NCBI GenBank assembly: GCA_050014035.1 | Contig: JBEKED010000001.1 | Span: forward strand, 1-59,448 | Length of the DNA: 59,448 bases | DNA from: Terriglobales bacterium | GTDB lineage: Bacteria > Acidobacteriota > Terriglobia > Terriglobales > Acidobacteriaceae | Direction of reading: 5' to 3' | Shown: positions 19,129-29,285 of the stretch, one piece after another | Numbering within the stretch: position 1 is the stretch's first letter | Layout of the letters: each line of letters opens with the position of its first letter | Notes under the pieces: generated by a model | The model's input: the letters and a program-made list of their open reading frames with translations, nothing else | Told to the model about the DNA's origin: nothing | Database searches by the model: none | Program-made: the position numbers and the translations under genes

Positions 19129-19866
19129 CTAGTGTGCCGATGACTTTGACGCGCCTGACTTTGTGGCCCCGAAATGGAGGCGGTCCATCAAGTCGTCGAG
19201 TTCATCCTCGCTGCCGGCGATGAACGTAAACGAAACGATCCGACCTTTCGCGAGCAGGACGAGAGTGCACTGGCGCATGGTGAGTTTGTCACTGGTCGTC
19301 TTAACTTCGAGCGACTTGATGAAGTCCGCGCGCAGCAGTTGCCGCGATTCAACTTCCAGCGCATACGGTTCACCATCGGGTTTAAAGCCTTTTGAGGTCG
19401 CGAGTTCCGTCAGCGGCCCGAGGTAGTCTTCAGCTTTCGTGAGACCGGGATATGACGCTACACTCTCCGAGGCGAACACGGCCGCGGAGTTGATAGTGTC
19501 CCCGGTGGCCTCCGGAGGACGCTCGAAAACTGCCAGCAGAACTTCTGCTTTACTGGGTGCGCTTCCCTCATTCATATCTTTGGTGCGATCCACCCAGCCG
19601 TAAGGAATCGGATAACGAAATCCGAAAGTCGTATTGCGGTAAAGCTGTGCGTCTTCACTGTTTGCAGACTTGGCGGTCCGCGTAGCGCCTTGCGCAGGCG
19701 GTGCTTTGCTTTGTGCCTCCGCCATGAAGGTCAGGCTCAACGAAATGAGTGCAACCATAACGACACCGAATCCTGATCCGTTCCGGCCACAGACGACTGC
19801 CGAGCTTCGCTGAGCTTTGATGGTCGAGGGCGCTGGTCCCCTCACTGACCACGAGCACAAGTGCAT
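19129..19866 (-). CDS. Secreted hypothetical protein
   Basis: ORF with an internal signal-like segment (VVMVALISLSLTFMAEAQS). The true start is probably downstream of 19866. I recognise no family. Confidence 0.55.
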   Translation of the reverse strand: MHLCSWSVRGPAPSTIKAQRSSAVVCGRNGSGFGVVMVALISLSLTFMAEAQSKAPPAQGATRTAKSANSEDAQLYRNTTFGFRYPIPYGWVDRTKDMNEGSAPSKAEVLLAVFERPPEATGDTINSAAVFASESVASYPGLTKAEDYLGPLTELATSKGFKPDGEPYALEVESRQLLRADFIKSLEVKTTSDKLTMRQCTLVLLAKGRIVSFTFIAGSEDELDDLMDRLHFGATKSGASKSSAH

Positions 19867-19892
19867 AGCTCCATGCTACCAGCGTCCGATCG

Positions 19893-21068
19893 CTACTCAA
19901 TGAACATGCAATCTCCATAGGAATAAAAGCGGTACCCTGCCTCGACCGCGTGCCGGTAAGCAGCCATCACTAATTCCTTCCCACCCAGCGCGCAAACCAG
20001 CATCAACAGCGTGGATTGTGGCAGATGAAAGTTGGTCAGCAGGGCATCTACAACCCGAAAGTGATAGCCCGGATAGATAAATAACTCTGCCTCGCCTCGT
20101 CCGCCTTCCACGCGATCCTCGCCGGTTCGCTGCGCTGCGTGCTCCAATGTGCGGACGCTGGTTGTGCCAACAGCCACCACACGCCGGCCTTCGACTTTCG
20201 CCCGGTTGATCGCTTGCGCCGCCTCCGCTGGAATCTCGTACCGCTCCCCATGCAGTTTGTGGTCTTCCACTTCTTCGGTTCGCACTGGCTGAAAGGTGCC
20301 CAATCCTATGTGCAGGCTGATCTCGGCAACTTGGATCCCTCTTGCTCGAATCTGCCCGAGAATCTCGGGCGTGAAGTGCAGGCCGGCCGTCGGCGCCGCT
20401 ACCGATTTTGCACCGGACACAGGCGTCTGGGCGAACACCGTCTGGTAACGTTCTCGGTCGTCCGCGCGGTCGCTGCGGTCGATGTAGGGCGGAAGGGGCA
20501 CGTGCCCGATGCGCTCGACCCAACCGAAGAAATCAGCGACTGGGGCGAAGCGGATGCGCCGCTCCCCAAAACTGCCGCGCTCCACAACCTCGGCTTCCAG
20601 TTCTGGCGAGGCGTCGCCTGAGTAGCCGAGTGGACCCCCAAAGCAGAGTCTTTCTCCGACCCCGATCTTCCGCCCCGGCCGTACCAGGCATTCCCACTCA
20701 TTCGGATCCTCGGACACCTGCCGTGTCAGCAGAACTTCGACCCGCCCGCGCAGAAAATCTCGTGCCGCCGGATTGTGCGCACTCAGGGACTGGGCCCGTT
20801 GTCCGCTCCGGTGGCCGTAGAGTCGCGCCGGAAACACCCGCGCATTGTTCACGACCAGCAAGTCATCGGACCGCAGCAGGTCGGGGAACTCGCGAAACAT
20901 CCGGTCTCGCCAACTTTGACCCTGCCCACCCCGACCCGCCCCACTCCCACCTAGCGGATTTTGGTTGGGCCCTCTGAGGTGCAGAAGGCGTGACCCGGAG
21001 CGGTCTGCCAATGGCTCCTGCGCAATCCGTTCAGGCGGCAGATCATACTGGAAATCCGACACGAGCAT
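19893..21068 (-). CDS. queA: S-adenosylmethionine:tRNA ribosyltransferase-isomerase
   Basis: The N-terminus [29 protein letters not shown] and the C-terminal motifs ([35 protein letters not shown]) are QueA hallmarks. Confidence 0.93.
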   Translation of the reverse strand: MLVSDFQYDLPPERIAQEPLADRSGSRLLHLRGPNQNPLGGSGAGRGGQGQSWRDRMFREFPDLLRSDDLLVVNNARVFPARLYGHRSGQRAQSLSAHNPAARDFLRGRVEVLLTRQVSEDPNEWECLVRPGRKIGVGERLCFGGPLGYSGDASPELEAEVVERGSFGERRIRFAPVADFFGWVERIGHVPLPPYIDRSDRADDRERYQTVFAQTPVSGAKSVAAPTAGLHFTPEILGQIRARGIQVAEISLHIGLGTFQPVRTEEVEDHKLHGERYEIPAEAAQAINRAKVEGRRVVAVGTTSVRTLEHAAQRTGEDRVEGGRGEAELFIYPGYHFRVVDALLTNFHLPQSTLLMLVCALGGKELVMAAYRHAVEAGYRFYSYGDCMFIE

Positions 21069-21206
21069 CTAGATTATAGGGAGGGGGCACTCTCAAGATC
21101 CCAAACCCATCTACCAGGTCACCCCACCCTTCATATTTACATATTTTTGATCTGCTAGTTCTTGTAAGGTTTCCGAGACGTGCTGTACCATGACCGCAAG
21201 GTTCTA

Positions 21207-21962
21207 ATGGCCAGCGACCGCAAAAATCGACTCGAAATTGTGCAATACGGCCGCATGCTGCACGAAAACGGATTTGTCGCCGCCACAGACGGAAACCTTT
21301 CCGTCCGCCTTAACGGCAAACACCTGCTGGTGACTCCTACCTGTTTCAGCAAGGGCAGGATGCGCGCGTCCGACATGGTGGTAGTAGACATGAACGGAAA
21401 ACGCCTTGCCGGTAAGCGCCGAGTCTCCAGCGAACTCGGCATGCATCTCTTGATTTACCGTCTGCGCCCAGACGTGAATGGCATCGTGCACGCTCACCCC
21501 CCCACTGCCACCGGGTTTGCCGCTTCCGGATATGATCTCAACCGGCCTCTGGTGTGTGAAGTCGTCGTCGGTCTGGGTTCGATTCCGCTCGCGCGCTACG
21601 GCACCCCGGGCACTCCCGAGCTGACGGATGCACTCGCGCCCCTGATTCCGCACCATGACGCCATCCTCATGGCCAATCACGGAGTCGTCACCTTCGGCTC
21701 TTCGCTCGAAAATGCCTACATGAAAATGGAAACCGTCGAACACTTCGCGAAGATCGCGCTGGTCACGCACCTGCTCGGCAACGAGCAACCTCTGGGTGAA
21801 AAGGAAGTGGAGAAGCTCCATGAGGTACGCCACCGCTACAACGGCGGCGGAACGCCCACTGCGCCGCGTCCTCCGCTTGCGACCAGTGCTCTTCAATCCA
21901 ACCTGCAAGCGGATCTTCAGTCCGATGACGAGCCGAAAGAAACGGCCGCCAGCCGACAATAG
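21207..21962 (+). CDS. Class II aldolase/adducin-family protein
   Basis: Fuculose-phosphate-aldolase-like motifs are present: GNLSVRL, MHLLIYRLRPDVNGIVHAHPP, ILMANHGVVTFG. I prefer the ATG at 21207 over the GTG at 21180. Confidence 0.85.
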   Translation: MASDRKNRLEIVQYGRMLHENGFVAATDGNLSVRLNGKHLLVTPTCFSKGRMRASDMVVVDMNGKRLAGKRRVSSELGMHLLIYRLRPDVNGIVHAHPPTATGFAASGYDLNRPLVCEVVVGLGSIPLARYGTPGTPELTDALAPLIPHHDAILMANHGVVTFGSSLENAYMKMETVEHFAKIALVTHLLGNEQPLGEKEVEKLHEVRHRYNGGGTPTAPRPPLATSALQSNLQADLQSDDEPKETAASRQ

Positions 21963-21964
21963 GC

Positions 21965-24181
21965 TTATTCCCCTCCAATGCGAAACCTCAGGCCCGCGCG
22001 AACGTTCGCCGTCAGCGACGGATATCCCACCACTTCGTTGTAATGATCATTGAGTGCGTTTTGGAGGTTCGCATACGCCGTAATTCGCGAGTTAATCGCA
22101 TACCACGCGCCTAGATCGACGCGCGCGTAGCCAGCAGCATGGTAAATGTTATTGGGATACAGGTAAGCATCGTCCGGGCGTCGGCCCACGAAGCTCCCTC
22201 CCAGATTTGCTCCCCATCGCAATCCCAAATAACTGAGGAGCGTTGTTGCCGAGTGCTTGGGGCGACGGAGCAAGGGATCTCCCGGAGCATACGGATACGA
22301 ACAAGGACTTGCTGGCGTACACGACGGATTCTCGAGTATCTCGGTCGAGGTGTAGGTGTAGGCCCCGGTGAGCGACAGTCTTGAGCGGATCCTTCCTTGT
22401 AACTCAACTTCGGCGCCCTGCGCGAAAGATCGCTGCAAGTTGAAAAACTGGTACTCGCCCGTCGGATTGGGTATGGCTTCAATCTGGTCATGAAAGAGAT
22501 TGTTGAAGTAGGTTGCGTTCAGAGCCCAGCGGCCCTCCAACAATTTCTGCTCGAAGCCAGCTTCGAAAGCTCGCGTGCGCTCCGGCAACAGGTTATGGTT
22601 CGGGGCATAGCCATATCCGGGCTCGCCAAACGTCTCGTAAAGGGCGGGTTCCATAAATCCAGTAGCATACGAAAAACGCAGGCGCGTTCCAGACAACCAT
22701 TCTCCGCCGCGCAACGCCAGCAGCGTCAGGGCAACCCGAGGCACGCCCGTATTACCGTATGCGCTGCTGTGATCGAAGCGACCGCCCGCGATCGCCGACA
22801 GCCTCCCTAGATTGAACTGCTGTTGCAAATACGCGTCCTGATCCAAGCGCTGCCCGGGAGCGGGAGGAGGAAAATCCATATCGTTCACAACCCCGGTCTC
22901 ATTCTCCATACGGTATCCAAAGGTGCTGTGTGCCCAGGTGCGCTCCGAGTAATCGCCCTGATATTCGAATCCCACGCGGTTGACGTGCGTGTCATAGCGA
23001 TCCGGAAAATCGTCATAGCTCGCAGGATTGCTATTCAGGTTCACGTCGATGTAGCGGAAGAGGGAATCGAAGCCAGTGAAGCGGTGTTGCCATCCTGAAG
23101 GCCCTGCTGCTGTAAGTTCTACACTCCCCAGAATATTGTTCTGGTGCGACGATTCGCTGGGGTTGGGCTCCAACAACGGATCGCCGTTGAAGTCCCACTC
23201 CCCCGGCACTCCCGTATAGCTGTTCGAGTGCCGCACCCGGATCCGCAGCGTCACTTGATCCGCAATTGCAGCGCCCACATTCGCGCCTTCCAGCGAATCC
23301 GAATATGCATCGTTCACGCTCCGTCCCTCGGTGTTGAACTGGCTGCCAAACAAGTTATAGTCGAAACGCCGGAAGATGCCAGCGACAGACGCGTAACCGT
23401 TGGCTGTTCCAAAATTCCCTCCGTCGGCGCCGAAGCGCAGCTCAGGCACCCGAGTGCTTCCCGTGCGCGTCCACACCTGCACCACACTGGTCATGGCATC
23501 GGAGCCGTATAGAGTGCTCTGCGCACCGCGCACAAACTCCAAGCGATCCGCCTGCGCCAAGGGCAACGTGCCGAAGTCGAACGTTTCACCCGGATTATCG
23601 ATAGCCACTCCATCGACAATCACTTTGTTGTAAGTCGACTCGCCGCCGCGCACAAAGAGCGACGAAAATCCGCCGCGTTGCCCCGCCGTATTCACCACTG
23701 CGCCCGGCAGGAACCGGATCGCATCGTCCGCCGCAATGGGCTGCATCGCCTCCAGTTGCCCGCTGCTCAGCGTGTCAACCTCGGCGCCCGCGGCCTGGCT
23801 CGCAACCGGAGTGCGGGTCGCGGTCACCACTAGGGTTTCCGCCGCTGAAGCCACGCGAAGCCTGACGGTGACAACTTCGCCGGTGGCAGAAACGTCCACC
23901 GTCTCCGCCGCGAATCCCGGAGCCAGCACTTGCACACGATAGGATTCGGAACTCGAGGCCGTCTCCCGAAAAATCGCCAGCCCCTCGCCCGACGTGTTCA
24001 GCACGTCTGCCAGAGCAGCCTTTCCCACCTTCAGCAATTGCACCTGCGCGCCCGCCACCACGGCGTCTTGCGGATCGACAACCTTGACCTTGATTTCGGC
24101 AGAAACAATGGACGTCAGGATGGACACCAGACCGATGGCCACCAAAAAAACAACACGAGCGAACTGGCGAGAAAAACGCAT
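21965..24181 (-). CDS. TonB-dependent receptor (cobalamin-riboswitch controlled, BtuB-like role inferred)
   Basis: It has a signal peptide, a carboxypeptidase-regulatory-like N-terminal domain, plug motifs (LPGAVVNTAGQRGG, RGGESTYNKVIVDGV), and a beta-barrel ending in RFRIGGE. I moved the start to the ATG at 24181 (MRFSRQ), because the track's extra MIKETC codons are the SD AAAGGAGAC. Confidence 0.9.
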   Translation of the reverse strand: MRFSRQFARVVFLVAIGLVSILTSIVSAEIKVKVVDPQDAVVAGAQVQLLKVGKAALADVLNTSGEGLAIFRETASSSESYRVQVLAPGFAAETVDVSATGEVVTVRLRVASAAETLVVTATRTPVASQAAGAEVDTLSSGQLEAMQPIAADDAIRFLPGAVVNTAGQRGGFSSLFVRGGESTYNKVIVDGVAIDNPGETFDFGTLPLAQADRLEFVRGAQSTLYGSDAMTSVVQVWTRTGSTRVPELRFGADGGNFGTANGYASVAGIFRRFDYNLFGSQFNTEGRSVNDAYSDSLEGANVGAAIADQVTLRIRVRHSNSYTGVPGEWDFNGDPLLEPNPSESSHQNNILGSVELTAAGPSGWQHRFTGFDSLFRYIDVNLNSNPASYDDFPDRYDTHVNRVGFEYQGDYSERTWAHSTFGYRMENETGVVNDMDFPPPAPGQRLDQDAYLQQQFNLGRLSAIAGGRFDHSSAYGNTGVPRVALTLLALRGGEWLSGTRLRFSYATGFMEPALYETFGEPGYGYAPNHNLLPERTRAFEAGFEQKLLEGRWALNATYFNNLFHDQIEAIPNPTGEYQFFNLQRSFAQGAEVELQGRIRSRLSLTGAYTYTSTEILENPSCTPASPCSYPYAPGDPLLRRPKHSATTLLSYLGLRWGANLGGSFVGRRPDDAYLYPNNIYHAAGYARVDLGAWYAINSRITAYANLQNALNDHYNEVVGYPSLTANVRAGLRFRIGGE

Positions 24182-24204
24182 ACACGTCTCCTTTATCACG
24201 CGAA

Positions 24205-24440
24205 AGGGTTGTGTGGACGGTTCACGCCGGTCTCCTGGCTATGCGAGTCAGAATGTGAGTGATCGCTCCCAATGAACTTCAGTTCAATCAGCTTTCACAC
24301 GGCATTCGGCTACTACAATCGGCCTTCCCAGAGTTGTCGTTGTCACATCCCCAGTGACCCATTGCGTTGTCCTCGCTAACAGTTGCGCGGCAGCGCGGGA
24401 ATTGCACCCGCTTCCCATAGCGCCAGCGTGTCGGGCCGGC
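24205..24440 (-). promoter_or_regulatory. Cobalamin (B12) riboswitch
   Basis: The minus strand contains GGGAAGCGGGTGCAATTCCCGCGCTGCCGCGCAACTGT, then GTCACTGG ... CTGGGAAGGC. It also has the B12 box AGCCAGGAGACCGGCGTGAA (plus-strand 24222-24241). All of this lies immediately 5' of the TonB receptor start. Confidence 0.9.
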
Positions 24441-24563
24441 CTACGATCATGCGCGAACCTAATTTTGAGAAAGAACAAAACAGCAGCCCAGCCAATCTAC
24501 CGGGCGCCTCGATACAAAGTCAAACGCCAGTGCAAAGCAACGCAATGCAAGCGCTTCCAGTCG

Positions 24564-25319
24564 CTATCTTTTATGGATAGGGAATTCCGCCGTTCCTACG
24601 CGCGCAACATGCTCCTCAGCAAAGCGCGTAACGCGTTCGAGCGCCGCCTGAAGCCGACGGTGGAACTCCATCATCTGCGCATCCGATTCCGCATTGCCGG
24701 GAACTTGGATCTTGCCGCTGAAGCGCACCAGCGCTTTCGAGAATGGCTTGGGAATCGCCATCGCATCCCATGTGTTCAGCACCCAGGCATCGCTCAACGC
24801 CACATAGAATGCCACCATCGGCAACGCGGTGGCCCGCGCCAGCAGCACCGGACCAGGCTTCGCCACATATTTCGGGCCGCGCGGACCGTCGATCGTAAAC
24901 GCCACTAGGTTTCCCTGTTCCAGTTGGCTTTTCAATCCCAGCAGCGCCGCAGCGCCACCGCGACTGCTCGACCCTCGCACTGCGACAAAGCCAAGTTTTT
25001 CAATCGTCCTCGCGATGTACTCCCCGTCGAAGCTGCGGCTCACCATTACTGCAATTCCGGTCTTCCTCCATACCCACGCGCTGGCAAATACGGCCCGGTG
25101 CCAGAAAGAGTAAATGACAGGTTTTTCATAAATCGCGTCCGGCGGCGAAGGCGGCTCTTCCCACGATATCGAATAGCGGAGAGTCGGACCAATCAATGAA
25201 ATCGCCAGATAGCTCGCCCCGCTGATGAGCCACAAGAGGATTCTTTGTCCGACCGAGAATCGGCGAGTTTCCAAATCGGAGGATTGCTCCGGCTCAGTCA
25301 CGGCGGAAGAGGAACTCAC
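24564..25319 (-). CDS. DUF374 / lysophospholipid acyltransferase-family protein
   Basis: Motifs FWHRAVFASAW, VSRSFDGEYIARTIEKLGFVAVRGSSSRGG and TIDGPRGP are typical of DUF374. Confidence 0.8.
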   Translation of the reverse strand: MSSSSAVTEPEQSSDLETRRFSVGQRILLWLISGASYLAISLIGPTLRYSISWEEPPSPPDAIYEKPVIYSFWHRAVFASAWVWRKTGIAVMVSRSFDGEYIARTIEKLGFVAVRGSSSRGGAAALLGLKSQLEQGNLVAFTIDGPRGPKYVAKPGPVLLARATALPMVAFYVALSDAWVLNTWDAMAIPKPFSKALVRFSGKIQVPGNAESDAQMMEFHRRLQAALERVTRFAEEHVARVGTAEFPIHKR

Positions 25320-25382
25320 GCGGCTATTGTAGCCGGGAAGGAAGGTTTACCTGAAAGCCGACAAACTGAAAGCGGAAGCTCT

Positions 25383-26093
25383 CTACGCTTCGAGGTACGC
25401 CACGATCCACTCTTTCAGCCGTTGCCGCCGTTCGTCGCTGGCGTCAAAACGAATTCCGAAGTTCTTGTTGCTCCTCTTCCAGGTAACCTGGCCTCGCACC
25501 CAGACGCGCGGCAGCGTCAGCAGTGAAAACGACACCTCCACCTGACTGCCCTGCTCGGGCGTGTGATTGCCTTTGAGCGACATCCCTCCCGAACTGATCT
25601 CTTGGCTGGTGGCGGTGATGCGCCCGCCGTCCGCCAGCGCGATGCCAACTTCGGTCATGACTGGGATACGCACGTAGCGCCGGAATTCGTGCAACACCAA
25701 CATTCGCGTCGAGCGTACCAGCTTCATCGCAGCCGACCGCTCCAGCGGTTCGTGAAATACCGCGTTAATGCATAACTTCGAATATCGCATGGCATCCTGC
25801 GCGGTGCCGCCCAGCCCGTAGATGATGACCCGGCTGTTGGACGCCGAGGATCGTGCTAATTCGATGATGCTGCCAGCGGATTCGCCCAGAGGCAAGACGC
25901 AAGCCTCGAATTTCTCGTGTTGCAGTCGACCCACGTTTTCGTGCGCGATCGGAACCGTCTCGATTCCAAACTGACGGAAGCATTCTGTGATCAGCTGCGA
26001 AGAGGCCTCAGTCAAGTCAAACAGAGCCACCCGCGCGACGCTCTTTCGATGTACAGGAAGGGGAGTGAGAACGGCATCGGTTGTAGTAGGCAT
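25383..26093 (-). CDS. PilZ domain protein with a receiver-like N-terminal domain
   Basis: C-terminal PilZ signature: RRYVRIPV ... QEISSGGMSL. Confidence 0.75.
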   Translation of the reverse strand: MPTTTDAVLTPLPVHRKSVARVALFDLTEASSQLITECFRQFGIETVPIAHENVGRLQHEKFEACVLPLGESAGSIIELARSSASNSRVIIYGLGGTAQDAMRYSKLCINAVFHEPLERSAAMKLVRSTRMLVLHEFRRYVRIPVMTEVGIALADGGRITATSQEISSGGMSLKGNHTPEQGSQVEVSFSLLTLPRVWVRGQVTWKRSNKNFGIRFDASDERRQRLKEWIVAYLEA

Positions 26094-26383
26094 GGGTCCC
26101 AGGGGATGAAGCCCTCCAAAATCCCATTCTGACGCGCCTTTTCACCGCTGCATAGGTTTCGAAAGGACCTACCCCCCGTCCTAAAGGACCATTACGGAAG
26201 TCGTACCTGGGCCGTTCTCACCCTGCTCCCTTCGTTTGTCCCAGGTGATTACGATGTCAAGTCGCGCAGCCTGATCGCATCGCGGAAATCTCCCCAAGCC
26301 AGGCACCCCGAGCTACGCGCAGGCAAGGGTTTTCACCGCTGCGACCGCGTCGATGGTTTTTTGGGGCACTCTGGCCTGTGACA

Positions 26384-27040
26384 TCACTCAAACTGTCGGC
26401 GGAATCTCTCCCACTGATCCTTGACTTCCCCAACTTCCCGCCGCAACTCCGCCACTTCTCCTTCCAACCGTGCGATGCGCTCGGCATCCGCCGGATTGCG
26501 TTCGCCCGCGGTGCTGGCATAAACGGGCATCTCGGCTTCCACTACGTCTCCTGCCAACAGATGGGCGTACCGCGATTCCTTCGTTCCCGGTCGTCGCGGC
26601 AGTACCTTCGCCAGCAGAGGATCGCGCTGCATCAGTTTCTGCAAGGCCGATTGCACGTCGTCCAGTGTTTCGAAGTGATGCAACCGCTCCGTGCGTCCGC
26701 GCAGTTCGCCCGGCGTCTGCGGACCACGTAATAGAAGCACGCACAACACAGCTATCTCCGGACGGGTGAAGTTAAACACCTCCTGTAGACGCTGTTCATA
26801 CTTGGTCACGCGACTGTCGGCGCCGCGCGCCGGTCCAGCCAAACGCTGCTCCTGCAAACCTTCGAGCGCGTCGCGCACCGCATCTTCATCCAGTTGCATC
26901 ACCGGTTCGCGGTTCGACTTCTGATTACAGGCGTTCACTAGCGCGTTCAGCGACAACGGATAGTACTCCGGTGTGGTGATATCTTTTTCGATCAGCGCCC
27001 CGAGCACGCGAACTTCGGTTTCAGTGAGCTTGATATCCAT
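26384..27040 (-). CDS. YceH-family (DUF480) protein
   Basis: N-terminus LTETEVRVLGALIEKDITTPEYYPLSLNALVNACNQKSNREPVM is a YceH hallmark. Confidence 0.85.
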   Translation of the reverse strand: MDIKLTETEVRVLGALIEKDITTPEYYPLSLNALVNACNQKSNREPVMQLDEDAVRDALEGLQEQRLAGPARGADSRVTKYEQRLQEVFNFTRPEIAVLCVLLLRGPQTPGELRGRTERLHHFETLDDVQSALQKLMQRDPLLAKVLPRRPGTKESRYAHLLAGDVVEAEMPVYASTAGERNPADAERIARLEGEVAELRREVGEVKDQWERFRRQFE

Positions 27041-27175
27041 GGATTTTTCAACCGCCCTCGATTGTATAGAAGCAACCAGACTCTAAGCGTGTGCAAGAGC
27101 GTCCAAGCCTAGCAACAGCGTCCCGCACCTTCAAGGCACGGTATACTCAATAGTTTGTCGCGTACCTTTACATAC

Positions 27176-27769
27176 ATGTGTGATCCGGCAGAAGCACCGA
27201 GAGTTCCTATTGAAAAACTGGTGCGGGAACTTCGCACCTTACCCCCCTCCGCCTTTGATAACACGGCGGAGGTCAGGTCATTGCTCGCAAAAGCGCCAGT
27301 CGAACAAGCCAGCCTCGCGCCTTATTTGACTTGGAACTGGCAACACTACACGCGCAACCTGATCGACAAGACGGACCTCTACGAACTGATCGCCATCTGC
27401 TGGGAAGTCGGCCAGGGTAGTTCAGTGCACAATCATCGCGGTCAGAATTGCTGGATGGCGGCGCCGGTGGGCAGGCTGCTGGTGGAAAATTTTCACGTCG
27501 AATTTGAGAATGTAGAGACAGGAAGGTGCCGCTTGCTGGCATCTAACACGGTGGAGTTGACGTCGGCCAATCCGTGCGCGGTCGATCCGCGAGAACCTGT
27601 GCACCGGGTGGTGAATCCGCGGGAAGCGAACCAGCGTGCTGTAACCCTGCACGTCTATTCACGGCCCTTTGATACCTGCGTGGTCTATTCGCCAGAGCAG
27701 GGCACATGCGGAGACATCCAGCTTCGCTACAATACAGTCTTCGGAAAACCGGTTGCCAGCAGTCAGTAG
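27176..27769 (+). CDS. Cysteine dioxygenase type I-like cupin
   Basis: Cupin motif GSSVHNHRGQNCWMAAPVGRLLVENF ... HRVVNP. I prefer the ATG at 27176 over the TTG at 27155. Confidence 0.7.
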   Translation: MCDPAEAPRVPIEKLVRELRTLPPSAFDNTAEVRSLLAKAPVEQASLAPYLTWNWQHYTRNLIDKTDLYELIAICWEVGQGSSVHNHRGQNCWMAAPVGRLLVENFHVEFENVETGRCRLLASNTVELTSANPCAVDPREPVHRVVNPREANQRAVTLHVYSRPFDTCVVYSPEQGTCGDIQLRYNTVFGKPVASSQ

Positions 27770-27891
27770 CTAGTTTTCAAGTCTCGAGATGCAAGATGAT
27801 GTCCTTGATCTGCTCGCATCCGTTGGAGCCAGAAAGGCTCGCTTATGAATCTGCGAACTGGTTACTGGCAACCGCTTTTAAAGGAGGAATC

Positions 27892-28674
27892 GTGAGGACA
27901 TACGTGGGAGTTCTGGCCGGCGTGGTTGCGCTCAGTGTTATCTCGTGGGCGCAGGCCCCAACTCCGGCTCCCACTACAGATCAAACTACGGCGCAAGCAC
28001 CGGCTCAAGAGCCAACTCCGATTCCAACTCCACCTCCAGTCGCCAAGCCATTACCCGCGCCCGAGTATCCTCGGATTGAACTCTTTGGCGGCGGTTCCTA
28101 CGCCGAGGCCGGTCTTTTTAACGCCGGACACTGGGCCGGGCTGCCCGGTTGGGATGCTTCTCTGGCTGGCAATGTGACCAATTGGCTGGGGTTCGTCGTC
28201 GAGGGCGGCCAGTTCTTCGGAACGTCGAAAATTCCCAGCGCTTCACCGGCGCCATTTCCAGGCAATCAGACCTACGAGCCAGATGGGGCTTCCCTATTCA
28301 ACGTGTCCACCCGAGAGTACAACTTTCTTTTTGGCGCGCAATTTGCCCGCCGCAAGTATGGAATGTGGACGCCGTTTGGCGAGCTTCTGTACGGACATCA
28401 GGGCGCAAGGGGCGTTGCCACTCCCGTCATACCAGGTCCTCTGGTCACCGAAGTCGGCACCGGCCGCGCGCTGGTCGCAGGCTTTGGCGGGGACCGCAGA
28501 ATCAACCAGCGTTTCGCCATTCGCTTCAAGGCCGACTATTTACAGACTGGCACAAATTTCCCGTCCGTCGGCAAGCAGAAGCAGGACAACTTCCGTTTCT
28601 CCGTGGGCGTTGTGATCCGCAACGTCCACAAAAAGAAGCGCACGCTCGAGGACGAAACTCAGATCGAGCCGTAA
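27892..28674 (+). CDS. Outer-membrane beta-barrel protein
   Basis: A GTG at 27892 lies 3 nt after the SD AAAGGAGGAAT and gives the signal peptide VRTYVGVLAGVVALSVISWAQA. A Pro/Thr-rich linker follows, then alternating beta-strand pattern and an aromatic-rich C-terminus. The 5' extension of the track ORF (from 27706) overlaps the preceding gene. Confidence 0.75.
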   Translation: MRTYVGVLAGVVALSVISWAQAPTPAPTTDQTTAQAPAQEPTPIPTPPPVAKPLPAPEYPRIELFGGGSYAEAGLFNAGHWAGLPGWDASLAGNVTNWLGFVVEGGQFFGTSKIPSASPAPFPGNQTYEPDGASLFNVSTREYNFLFGAQFARRKYGMWTPFGELLYGHQGARGVATPVIPGPLVTEVGTGRALVAGFGGDRRINQRFAIRFKADYLQTGTNFPSVGKQKQDNFRFSVGVVIRNVHKKKRTLEDETQIEP

Positions 28675-28745
28675 CACGCCTGGCAGTCCGCAGGCTCGGT
28701 CGCCCCCGCGGCTGACGATTCCATCCCCGAACTGGGGGCCGGAGT

Positions 28746-29048
28746 TTACGGGCGTCGCAGTAAGTCGCTGAGCGGCTCCGCCTTAGCCCGCAGTTCGTCG
28801 GCGAAACCGGCGCCCTTTTCGACCGCTTCTTCGAAGCGCTCTTTGGCCTCGTCCGTCCATTCCGACACCGTATCTAAGGCATCACCATAAGAACGTCGCA
28901 GGTCTTTCCGCAATTGCCGCCCAGCCTTCGGAGCCAGCAATAGACCGAGGGCAGCGCCCACGCCGAGCCCGATCAGCAAAAAAGTGACTGCGGTGCCGGC
29001 GGAGCCGTCCGAACTCTCATATTTCCCAATATGCATAGAAACCTCCAC
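28746..29048 (-). CDS. YtxH domain protein
   Basis: TM segment plus LLAPKAGRQLRKDLRRSY, typical of YtxH. Confidence 0.75.
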   Translation of the reverse strand: MEVSMHIGKYESSDGSAGTAVTFLLIGLGVGAALGLLLAPKAGRQLRKDLRRSYGDALDTVSEWTDEAKERFEEAVEKGAGFADELRAKAEPLSDLLRRP

Positions 29049-29070
29049 TTCACTTCCATTCTAGCCCCGA

Positions 29071-29163
29071 TTTTGGAATTGGCAATTTGTGATATGTAAT
29101 TTCCAATTTTAGGCCTCGCGAGTCACCAGATTTTTCAATTACAAATCACAAATTACAAATCCC
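29071..29163. repeat. Inverted pair of AT-rich triple-word elements (word ACAAAT) upstream of efp
   Basis: GCAATTTGTGATATGTAATTTCC (29081-29103) is roughly the reverse complement of TTCAATTACAAATCACAAATTACAAATCCC (29134-29163). Confidence 0.65.
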
Positions 29164-29285
29164 TAGCGGCTCTGTTCCCACAATCCTCCCTGCCTGTGTA
29201 GAATAAAGTGTTAACCCCAAGTGCGGCGGAATACCTGCCCCGCTGCGAGAATTCCTAGCAGAGTGAAGGAGATGTAAAACCAGCA

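Noticed and set aside
21570-21592. tRNA T-arm-like string GGTTCGATTCC.
   Set aside because: It lies inside the well-supported aldolase CDS, and no acceptor or anticodon stems can be drawn around it. No intergenic region in the window contains a T-loop consensus.
24284-24908. ORFs 24284..24478 (-), 24354..24908 (+) and 24383..24580 (+) in the gap upstream of the TonB receptor.
   Set aside because: The region is occupied by the cobalamin riboswitch and by the 3' end of the DUF374 gene on the opposite strand. The ORF translations are Arg/Ala/Cys-rich with no motifs.
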